From Eledone cirrhosa (lineage: Eukaryota): a DNA stretch of 64,000 bases. The notes below the pieces were generated by a model, which was given only the letters and a program-made list of their open reading frames with translations, searched no databases and had not been told where the DNA came from. The stretch is taken from contig OZ024745.1 in assembly GCA_964016885.1 (NCBI GenBank), positions 62,000,001-62,064,000 on the forward strand. Reading direction: 5' to 3'. This document shows, piece by piece, positions 1 to 13,832 of this stretch. Within the stretch, counting starts at the first letter, position 1, and each line of letters opens with the position of its first letter. The translations under genes were made by a program, and so were the position numbers.

Positions 1-1838
1 TTTACCGGGGTTTATACAGATAATCTTAATACGGGGTTTGTAAGATAATCTTACAACAAATGAAATCTTTCCTGACGCCCACATATGTGATGGAGTTAGA
101 TTCCGCTGAAATATTGCAGATGATCCTATCAGAAATAAACTTCAAAAGATGTAGCTGAATCCTCAAGCAAAACCAGCTTGCCTAGGGTTCGGCTAAATGT
201 CCTCTGTCTGTTGGCTTTGTCCGTAAAATCTCCCCTATGATTTTTTCCCTTAGAAATTCTATCCACATACGCATAATACCGTAGCTGTGATATCTCAATG
301 TGGAGAAGTAGGAGTTCTAACTAGAGGGACTCACTGATAGAGGCTACGTATCCCATCATGTGATGTTACTCCAGAGACCCTTCAGAACTACACAATTTCG
401 GACACTCGTATTCGGGATCATATAATTTTGGTTACTACCCAATATTCATGACGATAGTTACGAGAGGCAAGAATACTGGATTAAAAGCAACTAGGTTGGC
501 TTTTACAGGTACTTCCCTACTTCTAATTACCGAGTACTTAATCTGTAGCATTATTGCACTAGCTCCAACTAGTAACATATAATTCAACCTCCTTTGTCCT
601 GGAGATACTTGAACTTTACCATGCCTATCAGTAAGCAACAAAAGCAATGTCATTGATTTGTTCAATCCTGAGGCAAAAAACGCTGAGAATACAAAGCATA
701 AGTTGCATTCTGGTATTCAGTATCACGAAATTCTTTGAAATATAATTTACACAAAATATAATTAACCAATATGATCGTGTTGAAATGGGGTAGGGATTGA
801 TATTAAAAAAAAGATATGGCTGTTATAACAAGTTAGAAAAGGGAATATGCACAGGTTCTCTCGTTGATTTTAAATAAGAAATATATATTTTACAGGTATA
901 CGGTAAAGTGAAAATACATCCTTACATTATATTCGCTTGAATAATGATGGATACCTCCAAGCTATTTCACATTCGCTACATCATATCTAATGATTTTTTA
1001 TGTTCTGCATCTAAAGGCAAATAAATTATCTGAATCATTTACCATCCTTAAAATAGAAACATAGTTATTTCAATCAGTCACGAAATCACGCGACTAGTTC
1101 CCAACTTTTCCGTTTTACAAGTCAAATGCTAAAAAACCTCATTCTGATCAATATAGATGCTTACATGTTTTCATTAATAGCCTCATCCTGGGTAAGATTT
1201 CACACTATAAACTACACATTTTTATTGAAATATACCATTGCTGTAGGGAATGTGGTGAATGTAGTTTAAGAACGCAATGTATAGAACAATGAAATGTATT
1301 GAAATGTATGCCCTTAAGAAGCTCAAATCGTGATCCTAATTATTGAAATTTATTTATTTTCCATAAACGCATTCAATATTGTTAAAGGTACATTATACAA
1401 TGAACACATTTTATATTTTGGTACATGTCTTTGATAAACAACAATTAAACTTACTATTTATAGTTAGGAGATAAGAAAAAAATATTGTATATATTGTACA
1501 ATGTGAGCAACAATCGTTAGCAGGATCGGAAGGTAACCACAGTTAAAGAAGGTACTCAATACGTTGGTAAAACATAAGCATCTTATTTTACATAGAAATG
1601 AATTCTACAGCACTAAAATTAGTTCAGTTCCAATTTGATAACGTTTGACTTGCCCATTGCGGTCCGGTTGCGTAAGCCGCGTTTGGGAAGATATGTGGCC
1701 TGCATTTGATTTGCCAAAATTGGAGGGTGAATACGGTTTGTTTGTCAGGTGTCAAGGGTACAGTTTAGGGTGTTTGGTGAGTGTTAATAGACTGTTTGGA
1801 ACAATAACGGTCTCATCTACGTACAAATAAATAAATAA

Positions 1839-1898
<60 letters not shown>

Positions 1899-1901
<3 letters not shown>

Positions 1902-3692
1902 TTTGTTGGTTCACCACTGGATAGAATTGGTCATTCCGTATGGTCAATCTCGAGGTAATATTATGGAGAGTACTCAACGTAGTGCAGTTCACCCGTCTTC
2001 GTTTGTGTAGTTGGTGGTGCTAATAGGGAGTTAATTATTATAAATAAAATAATAGGAGGTTGGACTGGTGTAAATCCTTGAAAAGTTTATTATACTATGA
2101 TCATTTCAATGACCGGGTTCCGTATGAATCCGGTGATATCATCAGGTATTCGAAATATAACAAAGGAATATATAAAATCCATGGGTCCGAAATCAGAGAC
2201 AGAGAGAACGACTGACCAACTAGCTGCTTTCACCTCGGTCAGTCGCCCTCAAGTGATGGCAACTCGGTCTACTAATGAACATTTGGTGAGGGGGCAAAAC
2301 AACCACCTCTCCGTCAGAGAATAAAAAAAGAGAAGAAAGAAAGAAAGAAAGATAGAAGAAAAGTCAGCGTAAGGTTCACACTACAGTCATGCTAGAAGAC
2401 GCCGCGAAAAATGTTATTCCAAAGAACCCATATTTTAACAAAGGCATATATATGGGTGTCTGTATAGTCTAATGTGTGAACAGAAAATTGGAACGTTAAC
2501 TTATGTTAAGCGTTATAGGATGAAATTAAATTATTAGAAAATTAATAAAAAATTACAGGTTTGTGTTGCGAGATTTATTTAATGAAATTACAGAGAGAGT
2601 CTTATATGAAAAAGTTTAAGTGTATTATAGGGAATTTCGATAAGTTATCAAGGTGGGATGTAGAGTAAAGATAGAAGCCTTCGATTGTAAAGCCCAGCCA
2701 GCACCTCCTAACCACGTATCAGCCAGTTTCGAGTGGTATCGTCTAGCGAAATAAATGGAAATTAATTTTTCCGAGTACTCTAGGAACTTAACTGCGATAG
2801 GCTCCGAGTGTTCTAGCGGGAAGTCAACCAGCTTCTACAGGCTATCGTCTATACGAAACGAATACTATTAATTCACACAGGAAGGGTTTATTTACGTGCC
2901 AGCAGAGGGAGGCATGATACAGCTAACAGTTATGCCTAAGCCTAGAGTTTATAGGTATGAGTATAATGTGGCGGTCAAAACAGGCGGTGCGGCGGGCCCC
3001 GGGGCTAATCGATCCGCTCCGCGTAGTTTCGTTTACCGAAAGAGGGGAAAATTTAGTTTTCCAAGCATTCAAGGAAGGCTGAACTTTCCGAGCGCCCGCC
3101 GCACAGCCGGGAAATCCACCACATCAGTCGAAAGTGGTAAAACCCAATGAAAAGTGCCAATAGACTATAATTATTTTTATTTTTAAGTCCCAGTTAGTCC
3201 GGGTTATAAGTAGTGTGGTTCTTTGGTGGGTAGGGAGCTATGAATGGTACATAATGACCCGAGTAAGGAATAATAAGCAGAAAATCACAAATAAATAAAA
3301 GCAGGATACAAAGATAAAAATACAAAGATAAAAAATAAATAAAAAAATACATTAATAAAAATACATTAATAAGGTAAAAAGTAAAAAGTAAAAAACATAA
3401 ACAAAACGCTGTCATAGCTAGGGTAGTGATGTAGTAAGACGGAAATATATAAGAACATATCGGAGGAATCAAAGCAAAGGGGAAATAAAAAATAGATCAA
3501 ATTGCAGTAAGATAATAGAAAGTTGTACATATAGATATAGAGGATGGAAGAGATGGAATGGTATCAGGTGGTACCTAGTGTAAAGTTCGGGTCTACGAAT
3601 TCAGTGTGAGTCGCAAAAAAACTCCTGAGGTATAGAGTAGAGAATTCAGTTAATACAATACATGCTTAAGTATAATACGTAGAATTTTGTCG
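1899..3692 (-). mobile_element. Non-coding HHR-bearing insertion between (TA)n tracts, probably PLE pLTR-derived or non-autonomous
   Basis: Bounded by (TA)n on both sides. Carries a minus-strand hammerhead at 2091-2150 and a GAGTACT motif about 70 nt from the left junction. No credible ORF. Confidence 0.4.
2091..2150 (-). ncRNA. Type I hammerhead ribozyme (minimal, PLE-type)
   Basis: Reverse complement reads ATAC-CTGATGA-[stem II ACCGG..CCGGT]-GAAA-TGATCA (palindrome)-TA-GTAT. Confidence 0.7.
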
Positions 3693-4158
3693 ATATATAT
3701 ATATATATAGAGAGAGAGAGAGGGGGGATATAGATAGACAGGCGGAGAGATACATATATAACATTTCACTTCAGTTCACTCACTTTTCCTTTGAAACTAC
3801 AGAGTCGTGGGTGTGCTGTTTTACGTCCTGTATATACAGTGGTTTATATAGCCCGGCTTTCTTCGAGCTTGACCACGGCCCATGGGTAGTTAGATCTGGT
3901 TAGGGACAAGAGGTCATTCAGGTTGTTTACAAAGAAAGAGAAACTCATCCGCCAATTAATGCCGTGTCAACATAAGTCCCATCACGTCCCTACTGTACAT
4001 CCGGGATTCTACTAACGTTTCCGATAGAGTCTCATTATGTTTTATACGCCTTCTCCCTGCAAGCACACACACGCACACATGCCCCCTCCCCCCACACACA
4101 CGCACACGCACACACACACACACATATACACATACACACACATACACACACACACATA

Positions 4159-4196
<38 letters not shown>

Positions 4197-4475
4197 TGAT
4201 TTATGATTATTTAATTTATTAATTCTTCATTGAGCCACATTGTGAACGGTTGCCACATATATATCTGTGACTTTATGTATATGTAAATCTTTATATTTAA
4301 TAATCTCCCGTTGGGTTGAGATGCAATTTGGGCGAAATTGGGCTGCGCTTTCTAGCAACCAGCCTACTCGCCGTAAGCAACTAATCACATTCTTTCTAAC
4401 TTGACCACTGCCACGTCACAATTCTTAGCCATTTTTTGAATCTATTTCTTGGAAAATTAACTGTCCTATTGAGTT

Positions 4476-4552
4476 TGTCTCCTGATGAGTTCGATACTCG
4501 AGATTTATCCTTAATAGGATATCTCAAAATACGAACGATACCATGGTAAGGT
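4476..4552 (+). ncRNA. Degenerate hammerhead ribozyme
   Basis: CTGATGA-GTTCG..GAGAT..ATCTC..CGAAC-GATA (GAAA variant)-CCATGG palindrome-TA. Stem I pairs poorly. Confidence 0.4.
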
Positions 4553-4958
4553 TATAATTACGGTATGTACGCATTTCTTCTAACTTTAAATTTATATCTA
4601 ATTGTGTATGGTTGACGGTATATTTGGTCAGTTTCTACATGCTGTTGAAATGTTGGGTAAATACTCTATTGTGGTCAACCGCGAAGGGGCTGCTTTCGGT
4701 TATTTATCAAATATTTCTTCATAGGAGCCTTCATTCTTATAGCCTGGTCTAATTGATTTTTTTATATGGTTAATTATGCTAATTGGGAGAGGAAATAGTA
4801 TATATTTTATCTAATAATTCTACGGACATGATTTATGATATATATATATATACATATATAAATATATATATGAAAAGACTCAGGACCCCGACGACTGAGC
4901 TCCGGTCGTTTCGAGTACTCTGGTGTCTGTCCACCTGATATCTTACCACACCTCCTTT

Positions 4959-4993
<35 letters not shown>

Positions 4994-5115
4994 GGAGGTG
5001 AGTTTTATTGTAGTACAATAAAGCAATGCAGATATCGGATAAGAAGCACTCTACAGTTTGTAGGACTGGAGTATGCATAATATAAGATCAAAAGATGGTT
5101 AAAGGAGTTTCATGT

Positions 5116-5184
5116 ATTTTATTATGCGCATTTCAAAAACAAACATCATCATGCAATAATATTTGTGTTTTCATCAGATAAAAC
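5116..5184 (-). ncRNA. Type I hammerhead ribozyme
   Basis: Reverse complement reads GTTTTAT-CTGATGA-long stem II-GAAA-TGCGCA-TA-ATAAAAT. Confidence 0.75.
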
Positions 5185-6861
5185 AGGAGAACATGATATG
5201 AAGGCTAAAAAACACTTGTGGATAGTGCAGTTTTAAATCAACATATGAAAAGTGGTTTTAGATTGATGTGTGATATTGGGAAAAATATTTTATTTAGAGA
5301 GGGGAGGGGGAAAGGATGAAAAGGGAAGGAGATGAGAGGGAGAGATGGGTGATAGAGAGAAAGAGATAGTTTTTATAACTGAGAGGAGATATATTGTTTT
5401 ACATAGAGAGGTTGAAAACCGTTGGAAGATAATGTATAAATTAAAAATTTTGAAAATTAACGAAGGGAGGATATGAGCGAGGAAAAAATATTTTATTTAG
5501 GGAGGGGGGTGGAAAGGATGAAAAAAAGGGGGAGGAGATGAGAGTGAAGGTGGAGAGGGAGAGATGGGTGATAGAGAGAAAGAGATAGTTTTTATAACTG
5601 AGAAAAAGATATATTGTTTTAACATAGAGAGGTTGGGAACCGTTGGAAGATAATGTATAAATTAAAAATTTTGAAAATTAACGAAGGGAGGATATGTGCG
5701 AGGAAAAAATATTTTATTTAGGGAGGGGGGTGGAAAGGATGAAAAAAAGGGGGAGGAGATGAGAGTGAAGGTGGAGAGGGAGAGATGGGTGATAGAGAGA
5801 AAGAGATAGTTTTTATAACTGAGAAAAAGATATATTGTTTTAACATAGAGAGGTTGGGAACCGTTGGAAGATAATGTATAAATTAAAGGAATTTGAAAAT
5901 TAACGAAGGGAAATTATGTATGAAGATAGAGAGAAAAAAATAATAATTGTGGATGAATATTCTAACGTCAAAAAAAGAAATGTATGTATTGTGGCAATTT
6001 CAAAATTAACGAAGAGAAAAATTATTAAGGTTTGTGTGTAGAAGGATTTGAGAAAAATAATGTGAAGTTAAAGTTTGTATATTGAAGGAATTGATAATAT
6101 ATGCGAATAAAGAGTTAATATGTATTAATATGTATTAATTATTAATACATATTAACTCTTTATTCGCATATATTATCAATTCCTTCAATATACAAACTTT
6201 AACTTCACATTATTTTTCTCAAATCCTTCTACACACAAACCTTAATAATTTTTCTCTTCGTTAATTTTGAAATTGCCACAATACATACATTTCTTTTTTT
6301 GACGTTAGAATATTCATCCACAATTATTATTTTTTTCTCTCTATCTTCATACATAATTTCCCTTCGTTAATTTTCAAATTCCTTTAATTTATACATTATC
6401 TTCCAACGGTTCCCAACCTCTCTATGTTAAAACAATATATCTTTTTCTCAGTTATAAAAACTATCTCTTTCTCTCTATCACCCATCTCTCCCTCTCTACC
6501 TTCACTCTCATCTCCTCCCCCTTTTTTTCATCCTTTCCACCCCCCCTCCCTAAATAAAATATTTTTTCCTCGCACATATCCTCCCTTCGTTAATTTTCAA
6601 AATTTTTAATTTATACATTATCTTCCAACGGTTTTCAACCTCTCTATGTAAAACAATATATCTCCTCTCAGTTATAAAAACTATCTCTTTCTCTCTATCA
6701 CCCATCTCTCCCTCTCATCTCCTTCCCTTTTCATCCTCCCCCCCCTCTCTAAATAAAATATTTTTCCCAATATCACACATCAATCTAAAACCACTTTTCA
6801 TATGTTGATTTAAAACTGCACTATCCACAAGTGTTTTTTAGCCTTCATATCATGTTCTCCT

Positions 6862-6930
6862 GTTTTATCTGATGAAAACACAAATATTATTGCATGATGA
6901 TGTTTGTTTTTGAAATGCGCATAATAAAAT
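6862..6930 (+). ncRNA. Type I hammerhead ribozyme
   Basis: GTTTTAT-CTGATGA-AAACACAAATATTATTGCATGATGATGTTTGTTTTT-GAAA-TGCGCA-TA-ATAAAAT. Confidence 0.75.
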
Positions 6931-6958
6931 AATGGAACTCTTTTAACCATCTTTTGAT

Positions 6959-6997
<39 letters not shown>

Positions 6998-7199
6998 GTG
7001 TGTGTGCGTGTGTATGTATGTGCGTGTGAATGTTTATATATACAGAGGAGGTCAAACTGGGGAGGCGGTGGAATGAGGAGCCATGACTCCCCCCCCAATA
7101 ATTATGTTTTTCTCCCCAAACTACCAAAACACACATCTATTTGTATATGCGCTACAATTTATGTACATGTTATGTAGAGACATGTACATGTTATGGAGA

Positions 7200-7500
7200 G
7201 ATAGCCATAGATATAGAGAGAGGGGGAGAGATTGATATTTATTGATACAGAGAGAGATATTTGAAGAGAGTTCCGTGTAGTACATATACAGAGGGAGAGA
7301 GTTTGACGTTAATTGATATAGAGAGGGGGATTAGAAAAGAGTTCCGTATAGTAGATATAGAGAGGGGGAGAGTTTGGTTTTAATTGATATAGAGAGGGGC
7401 ATTGGGAGAGTATGTTGTAAGGTTGATTTAGAGAGGAGGAGAGGTTGGTGGTAAGGAATAGAGTGAGAGGATTGATAGAGATAGGTATAGATAGATATAT
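7200..7500. repeat. AG-rich degenerate tandem repeat (left flank of the Tx1 element)
   Basis: TAATTGATATAGAGAGGGG...GGAGAGTATGTTGT units. The same units resume at 13140. Confidence 0.6.
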
Positions 7501-7740
7501 ATTTCTATTTATTTGCCACCAGGGCATCAAAGATTGGGACAAATACAAAGGGGGGAGTTTACATACATTTAAAAAGACGTGTAAAAAACATATAACAAAT
7601 TAAATTTAACAATCGATGTCCTAAATAGGGAAGGGCGTTGACATGGGTCGCACACACCCCCGAAAAAATGTGCAACCCTCCTCTTCAGGAGCACAAAGAG
7701 CGGGTGCTTCCTTCCTCTTCTCATTCTTCTCCTCTCTCAC

Positions 7741-10700
7741 CTACAGGCTGATATAGAGAGAAGGCCCATTCACTCGGGCCATTCTCGCTACTTTCACCCA
7801 TCTTTCATAAAACTTGCTGGGGTAGAGCACCTCTCTCTCCATTCTGATCCTTCTTCTAAAGTGGTACTTGAAAAAAAAGACCAGTTGTTGGCCGGAGAGA
7901 TAGGTGTCTGACCTCAGCCCTTTCAACCTTGTCCACCATACAACTTCTTTCGCCATGGCTATCACACAGAGGAAAACCGCCTCTCCTTCGTTTTTGAAAG
8001 GGGGAGGCGGTTTGATTGTGACAATGTTCTCGGTGGTCCCACCCGCGACAGTAGTCGTTCTACATAGCCCCACAGGTCAGCAACGCCCGGGCAGTGTACG
8101 AATGCGTGTGCGACGGTTACCTCGTCACGCACGCATCTTGGACATATCTTCTTCGAGGGGTCCCTACCCGGGCGCCCGTATCTGTAGAGCTTGTCCCGAA
8201 CGGGTAGAGCTCCTCGGTAACATTGCCAAGCCAGGGACTTTTGGAAGTTGTCCATCGGTCCCAGGCCAAACGTCCTACCGAACAGACTGGCCAGCTCGTC
8301 TTCCTCCATGCCCAGAGCCTCTCCGAGAGCGTCGTCGCACTTACTGCGCACCAACCCTCTATAGAATGTTGAGGTTGAGTCTCCACTGATTGCCGGATCC
8401 GCTTGCCAGAGGGCCGTGAGCGCCTGGGCACATTCAATGTGCCAGTCGCCCACTTTTCTCGGTCTTTGCTTGACTCAGGATTGCAGCTCGGTGAGTGAGA
8501 CGAGTCTCGGAAAGGCTCGCCTCACAAACAGGGCCCACACCGGCTGACCGGTGAGCAATACCTGGAGGTGCCGTAACCTTAATGCGTGTCTACGCATCGT
8601 CAGCCACGGCATCCCCAGCCCTCCGTTCGAAAGGTGTTGACAGCAGATGGATCTTCTCACCAAAGGAGCCCGCTTCTTCCAAAGAAATCGGAAGAGCGCG
8701 CGCTCCATTTTGGTGAGTGTTTTCTCTGGGCAAGGCACGACGGTCAAGCGGTAGTAGATGACGGACGCTATATAAGCGTTCGCCACCTCCGCTCGACCTT
8801 TCAGCGATAGTTTGCACTCGGCCCACTTCTGGGCGAGTGCAAACACCTTGCCCATTACCTCGTCCCAGTTTTTCTCCACCTGGAGGTCCGGTCCGAACCA
8901 GACCCCGAGCAGCTTCACCGGTCCCTCCGTCCAGCGTCCGACGATGCCGTCGGAGGGCATCGTTTTGCCCCTCCACGTCCCGAGTTGCAAACCGACGGAC
9001 TTGTCTGGGTTCAGCTTGGCTCCTGTGAACCTTTCATATTCCTCCAGTAAGGTGCAATCTGCCCGATTTCCGAGGCGCACGACACCATTACTGTCACGTC
9101 ATCGGCGTAGGCCGACACCGCTTTCCGCAATCCCGGTTCCAAGGGGATGCCCTGCAACAGCTCCAGCTTCCTCAGTAGTGGCTCGAGAGCCAGCACATAC
9201 AGGAGGGAGGAAAGAGGGCATCCCTATCGAATGGATCGCGTGATTTGGAACGGCTCCGAGAGGTAGCCGTTCACCTTGACCCTCGAGCAGGTGTTGCTGC
9301 TGTGCATTGCAGCAATCCAGCCCCTGAAAACGGGTCCGAAGCCTGCCGCCGCGAGCACCGCATCCAGGTACCGATGGTCAACCCTATCGAACGCTTTAGA
9401 TTGATCCAAGTTGATCAGGGCCTCACCAAAGCCGGGTTCGTTCCCTACCCTCTCTACGATGTATCGCATGAGGTGGAGGTTGTCGTGTATGAACCTGGAC
9501 GGGATTGCGCATGTCTGAGCTTCTCCCACCAGGTTCCCGATGACAAGCGCCAACCTCTTCGCTAACACCTTGGTCAAAATCTTTAACTCTGTGTTTAGCA
9601 GAGTTATGGGCCTGAAGTTATCTATGTCATCCCTCTTGTTCTCGTCCTTCCTCACCAGCGTGACTACGCCCCTGGTCACAGAACTGGGAATTCTCCCGTT
9701 CTGTTGCCAGTTGCAGTAGACCGCCTCGAGGAGACCGGAGAACAAGCCCGGCATCGCTACATAAAGTTCGTATGGTAGACCATCGAGACCCGGAGATTTG
9801 CGTTTGCCGCATTGGCTCAGCGCTTCCCCTATTTCAGCGGCTGAAATCGGCCTCTCGCAGGACTTCGCCTCCCCGTCCGAGAGCCGCGCCAGACTGTCGA
9901 GGTATGGACCGAAATCCATGCCCCCCCCCCCGAACAGTCGTGCAAAGCGCCGTTGAAAGGCCGCGCTCATCCGCTCAGGTTCAAGGATCACGCGTCCATC
10001 CTGGTCCTTCAAAGACCGAATCGTGGACTTGTTTCCACTTTTTGCCTCTCTCACTCGGGCCCAGCTAACAGCTTTGGCTCCCTCGTTACCCAGAGCACGT
10101 ATTTTCCTCCTGACAACGCAGCCCTCGTGCTTCGCATCAAAGAACTGGTCTAAGGCCGTTCTTGACGCCAGCACACCGGCCACGTTGCCACTCCTCATCG
10201 CCTCTTCTACTCTATTTGTTAATTCCCTTTCAGTTCTATTCCTATCTGATGCTAATTTCCGACTAAAACCTATCGATTCTATTCTAATTTCTCTCTTGAG
10301 AGAGCCCCACCACCTGTTGTTGATAATTGCCCCCGCCAAACGCTGCTTAACTAGTGTGCTAATCCGCTTACTGTAAGCTTTGTTTGTCGGTAAAGACAAG
10401 TTTAGCTTCCAGTAACCGGGTCCCTGTCTATGAGTTCTATCAAGATTGACCACTACGGTCACCAACTTGTGATCCGAATAGTCAACCATGAACATTCGTG
10501 GACAGCTTAATATGTCCCTATCCTTATTTCTAACTAGGAACCTATCTAGGTACGACCTAGATGTTCCGCTGCGATTACTCCATGTCCACCGTGGCACAGT
10601 CGGAAAATCTAGTCGATATCTATCGGCCAGATCAAATCGGCCGATTAATCGTTTGAGGCTGTTACACCCCCCCTCTATCGGGACATTCCCCTACATAGTC

Positions 10701-11150
10701 CCAACGTGCATCCAGGATACCATTCCAGTCCCCCACTAAAAGCAAGGAGCGAGACGTTCCCAGGAAATTCTCCAGGCGTCGGAAGAAGTCCGGTCGCGGT
10801 GTCCCAGATGGGGCATACGCTGCCACCAGCCTGAAAGCTCCACCTTCACCTCTGCCGACGTCTAAAACCACCAGTCGACCCTCCGGGTCCAGGTGTACCT
10901 TCTGTGTGGCAAGACCCAGGTATTTTCGCAGCAGAACGACAACCCCACCCCCACCCCTCGGCTGACAGAGAGATGCGTAGATCTCAAAGTCGTCGAAGAT
11001 GGGGGCCAGTTGGCGCTCGCTGCTGATCCTGGACTCGCAAATAACCATTACATCCACTCTGTGCGACCTGAGGTCATTTAAGAGTTTGCCCTGTTTCTAG
11101 GACATCCCCAAGCCGCGTGCATTCACACATCCAACTCTTATATTGGCCAT
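7741..11150 (-). pseudogene. ORF2 (APE-RT-zinc finger) of the Tx1-like element, split by several frameshifts or stops
   Basis: Starts MANIRVGCVNARGL at 11150 and continues through ORF fragments 10662-11057, 9224-10597, 9011-9196, 8475-9080, 7962-8453 and 7741-8073. Confidence 0.9.
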
Positions 11151-11192
11151 GTTGATGCTGAAGAGGTAAAAAGGAAGAGGAAAGGAAATTAC

Positions 11193-12944
11193 TTACCTCT
11201 TCGTCTCCTGGGGACCAGGCTGCACAATTTCCATGGGGGTGTTGGAGGGGTTGTTTGGTGGTGTGATGGTTTGTGGTGGGGTGAGGACATCAGTGTGTGG
11301 TGGGATTAGGGTGTTTGGTGGGGTGTGGGTGTCTGGTGTGGGGGTGGGGAAACATCTCAATAGGACGCTGTTATGTGGTTTGGTGCAGTTGGTCCCCACA
11401 TGCATTGGATGGTTCTTTTTCAAAGTTACATAGGTTTCCGTTGGGACCCTAATCATCATTAGGTGCGATTTGTTCGCTGCGTAGGTGAAAGTGATCCCTT
11501 CGGTTTCCACCGAAGGGTTATTTTCTATCGCTTTCATCAACGTTTTATTGTTCTTGTTAATGTATGTATAGAGTTTTTGTTGTGTTGTGTTTGTTTTTGT
11601 TTGTTGTTCTTGTGCGCGTTTGCGTTTTGTAGTAAGTGTTATGTTTTGGGGAGGGGTGGGTTTTTTTATTTGTGATGTTTGTTCTGTTTGTGCTGGTGGT
11701 TGTGTGTTTGTGGCATTTTTGTTAATGTGGTGCCTTTTTTTTTCCTTTTCACCTGTTGAAAGGGTTCTCCCTCGTCGTCACTGTGTGACGTTGATACGGA
11801 GTCCTCTTCCGTGTTGTTGGGGAGGGGTATATTTTGGGGTTTTGTTGTGGTTGCTTTTGTATTTGTTTTAGGTGGGGAGGGGTTGGGTGGAGCAGTGTTT
11901 TGTGTTGTTATTTTTCCGTGTTGTCGTGGTTGTGTTGTTGTGTTCGGGGTTGGCAGAAGAGCCTTTTTTTTTTACTCGTTAATTGAGGACAGGCAGCCCT
12001 CAGGTGACCCCTGCTTAAGCAGTGGTAACATGACGGCCGCCTTCCCTCCACTGAAATGTTTATATAAGTTAGCCCGTCCAGAGGCACGCGTTGTGGGATA
12101 TTCGCTATTCGTTCTGGGCTCATTTGCACCAGAACTTCTACGGTGGTCCCACCAAATACACCTCCGGAGGACTTTCCTATTGAAATTATCTTGTCTTCGT
12201 CAAAGTTAATTATTCCACATAGTATCCACCAAATATTTACATTTGGTGTGATACTCATTATTTTTATTCTTTGTGTCCTTTTTCCCCTGTATGTGGGGTA
12301 AAAGGTGAAGCGGGGGGACACAATGGGTGCTACCGAGTACTTTTGAGCTGTTGACTGGTTGTTCATTAGCACCGAAATGCTACCAAACAGTTTACCTTTT
12401 TGTATGAAGGTTAAATCCTTTATTGCATCTTTTAGAACCAGCTCAATTTCATTTTGTGATAATTGAGCTAGTTTTCTTGTTTCGTTCGATATTGTCCTGA
12501 AAACCACAGTTTTCAGGACAGCCTCTCTACGTAATTCCTGTGGGGAATTGATGCTAAAAGCACCGTTTTCGCCAAAAGTCACGAATTGTTTTGCGTCTTG
12601 TAATAGTTGTTTAGCATTTGTTATGTCTATTGGCGTGTATAGTTCGTTTTCTTTACGGTCTGTGCGAATGTTGTTTTGGTGTTGTTGTCTTTTTTGTTAC
12701 TGTCACTGTTGGTAATATTGGTGTTGCTATTGTTGCAGTTGTTGGTTGTGGTGTTATTGTCATTGTTCTTGTTGTGGGTGCTGGTATTATTTACTGGGTT
12801 TGGTTTCGTGGTTTCGATATTTTTCACGTTTTTCGATGATCCGAGGGGGGAAGGCTGCAAGCTTTGTACTCCTACCTTCCCTCCACCACTTTTCTTAGTG
12901 GGCGTGGCACTCACGACAGTGTGCGAGATAGAAATGGCATCCAT
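11193..12944 (-). pseudogene. ORF1 (gag-like, zinc knuckle) of the Tx1-like element, frameshifted
   Basis: Fragments 12627-12944 (N/T-rich), 11908-12582 (CCHC knuckle) and 11193-11540 (P/T-rich tail), all upstream of ORF2. Confidence 0.75.
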
Positions 12945-13139
12945 TGTCACCAAGTCTACAGTTTTTAGATAAAAATTCAAAATTCCGCCCCAGAAAGGGG
13001 CGAAAATTAGTTGACTCAACGTCTGACGGCCCAGGCAAGGGGTTAAACTAAACAATATTATTAAATTGAGCAATAAACTCACAGTTTTTTTGACAACAAT
13101 CCGTAAAAATCCGGAGCAAAGTAAATCACGTCTATATCA

Positions 13140-13710
13140 AGTGGTAATTGATATAGAGAGCGGGTTTGGGAGAGTATGTTGTATGGCTGATGTAGAGAGC
13201 GGGAGAGTTTTGTGGTAATGAATAGAGTGAGAGGATTGATAGAGATAGGTATTGATAGATATAGAGAGGGCGAGAGATTGGTAGAGATGGATAGAGTGAG
13301 GGAATGAGGGAGAGTGCTCTATGGTAGAGATAGAGAGGGGAATTGGGAGAGTATGTTGTATGGTTGATGTAGATGGGGGGGTGGTGGTAATATATATATA
13401 TATACAACGACACCTCTTCTCATCCCACTCTCTATATCTAAGACTAATACACTCTCTCCTCTATAAATATCTACACTTATCACCCTCTGTATATCAATCA
13501 CCCCTCTGTATATCAATCACCCCTAAACTATACCCCTCTCTATATCTACTACACACCTCTCTATACCAATAAAAAACAATCTCTCCCGACACACCCTCTC
13601 TATATCAATTACCACCAAACTCTCTATATCTACCATACAACACACTCTCTCATTCTCTCTCACTCTATCCATCACTACCAAACTCCCCTACTCCCTCACT
13701 CTATATCAAT
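13140..13710. repeat. AG/CT-rich degenerate repeat (right flank of the Tx1 element)
   Basis: Same units as 7200-7500. Orientation flips around the TA run at about 13390-13404. Confidence 0.55.
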
Positions 13711-13778
13711 ATCCACATCTGCAAATATGTATTTATATATGCACATATACCCGCACACACATCCCTCTATTTGCACTG

Positions 13779-13832
<54 letters not shown>

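Larger units (their letters stand above)
5081..6965. repeat. ~1.9-kb near-perfect palindrome (foldback PLE pLTR-like unit)
   Basis: Left arm 5081-6139 is the reverse complement of right arm 6141-6965, centred on ATGTATTAAT-T-ATTAATACAT. The left arm has one extra ~221-bp internal unit. The arms differ by a few substitutions. Confidence 0.9.
7501..13131 (-). mobile_element. Tx1/L1-superfamily non-LTR retrotransposon, near full length, inactivated by frameshifts
   Basis: ORF1 has a CX2CX4HX4C knuckle (CYHCLSRGHLRAAC). ORF2 has an APE endonuclease (GDWN, SYLDRF, YSDH), an RT (KSPGLDG, NFRPITLLN, DQSKAFD, AYADD) and a C-terminal CX2C..H..C motif. Confidence 0.9.

Noticed and set aside
1-700. Possible retroelement or pLTR fragment at the window start
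   Set aside because: No recognisable protein motif and no complete ribozyme core.
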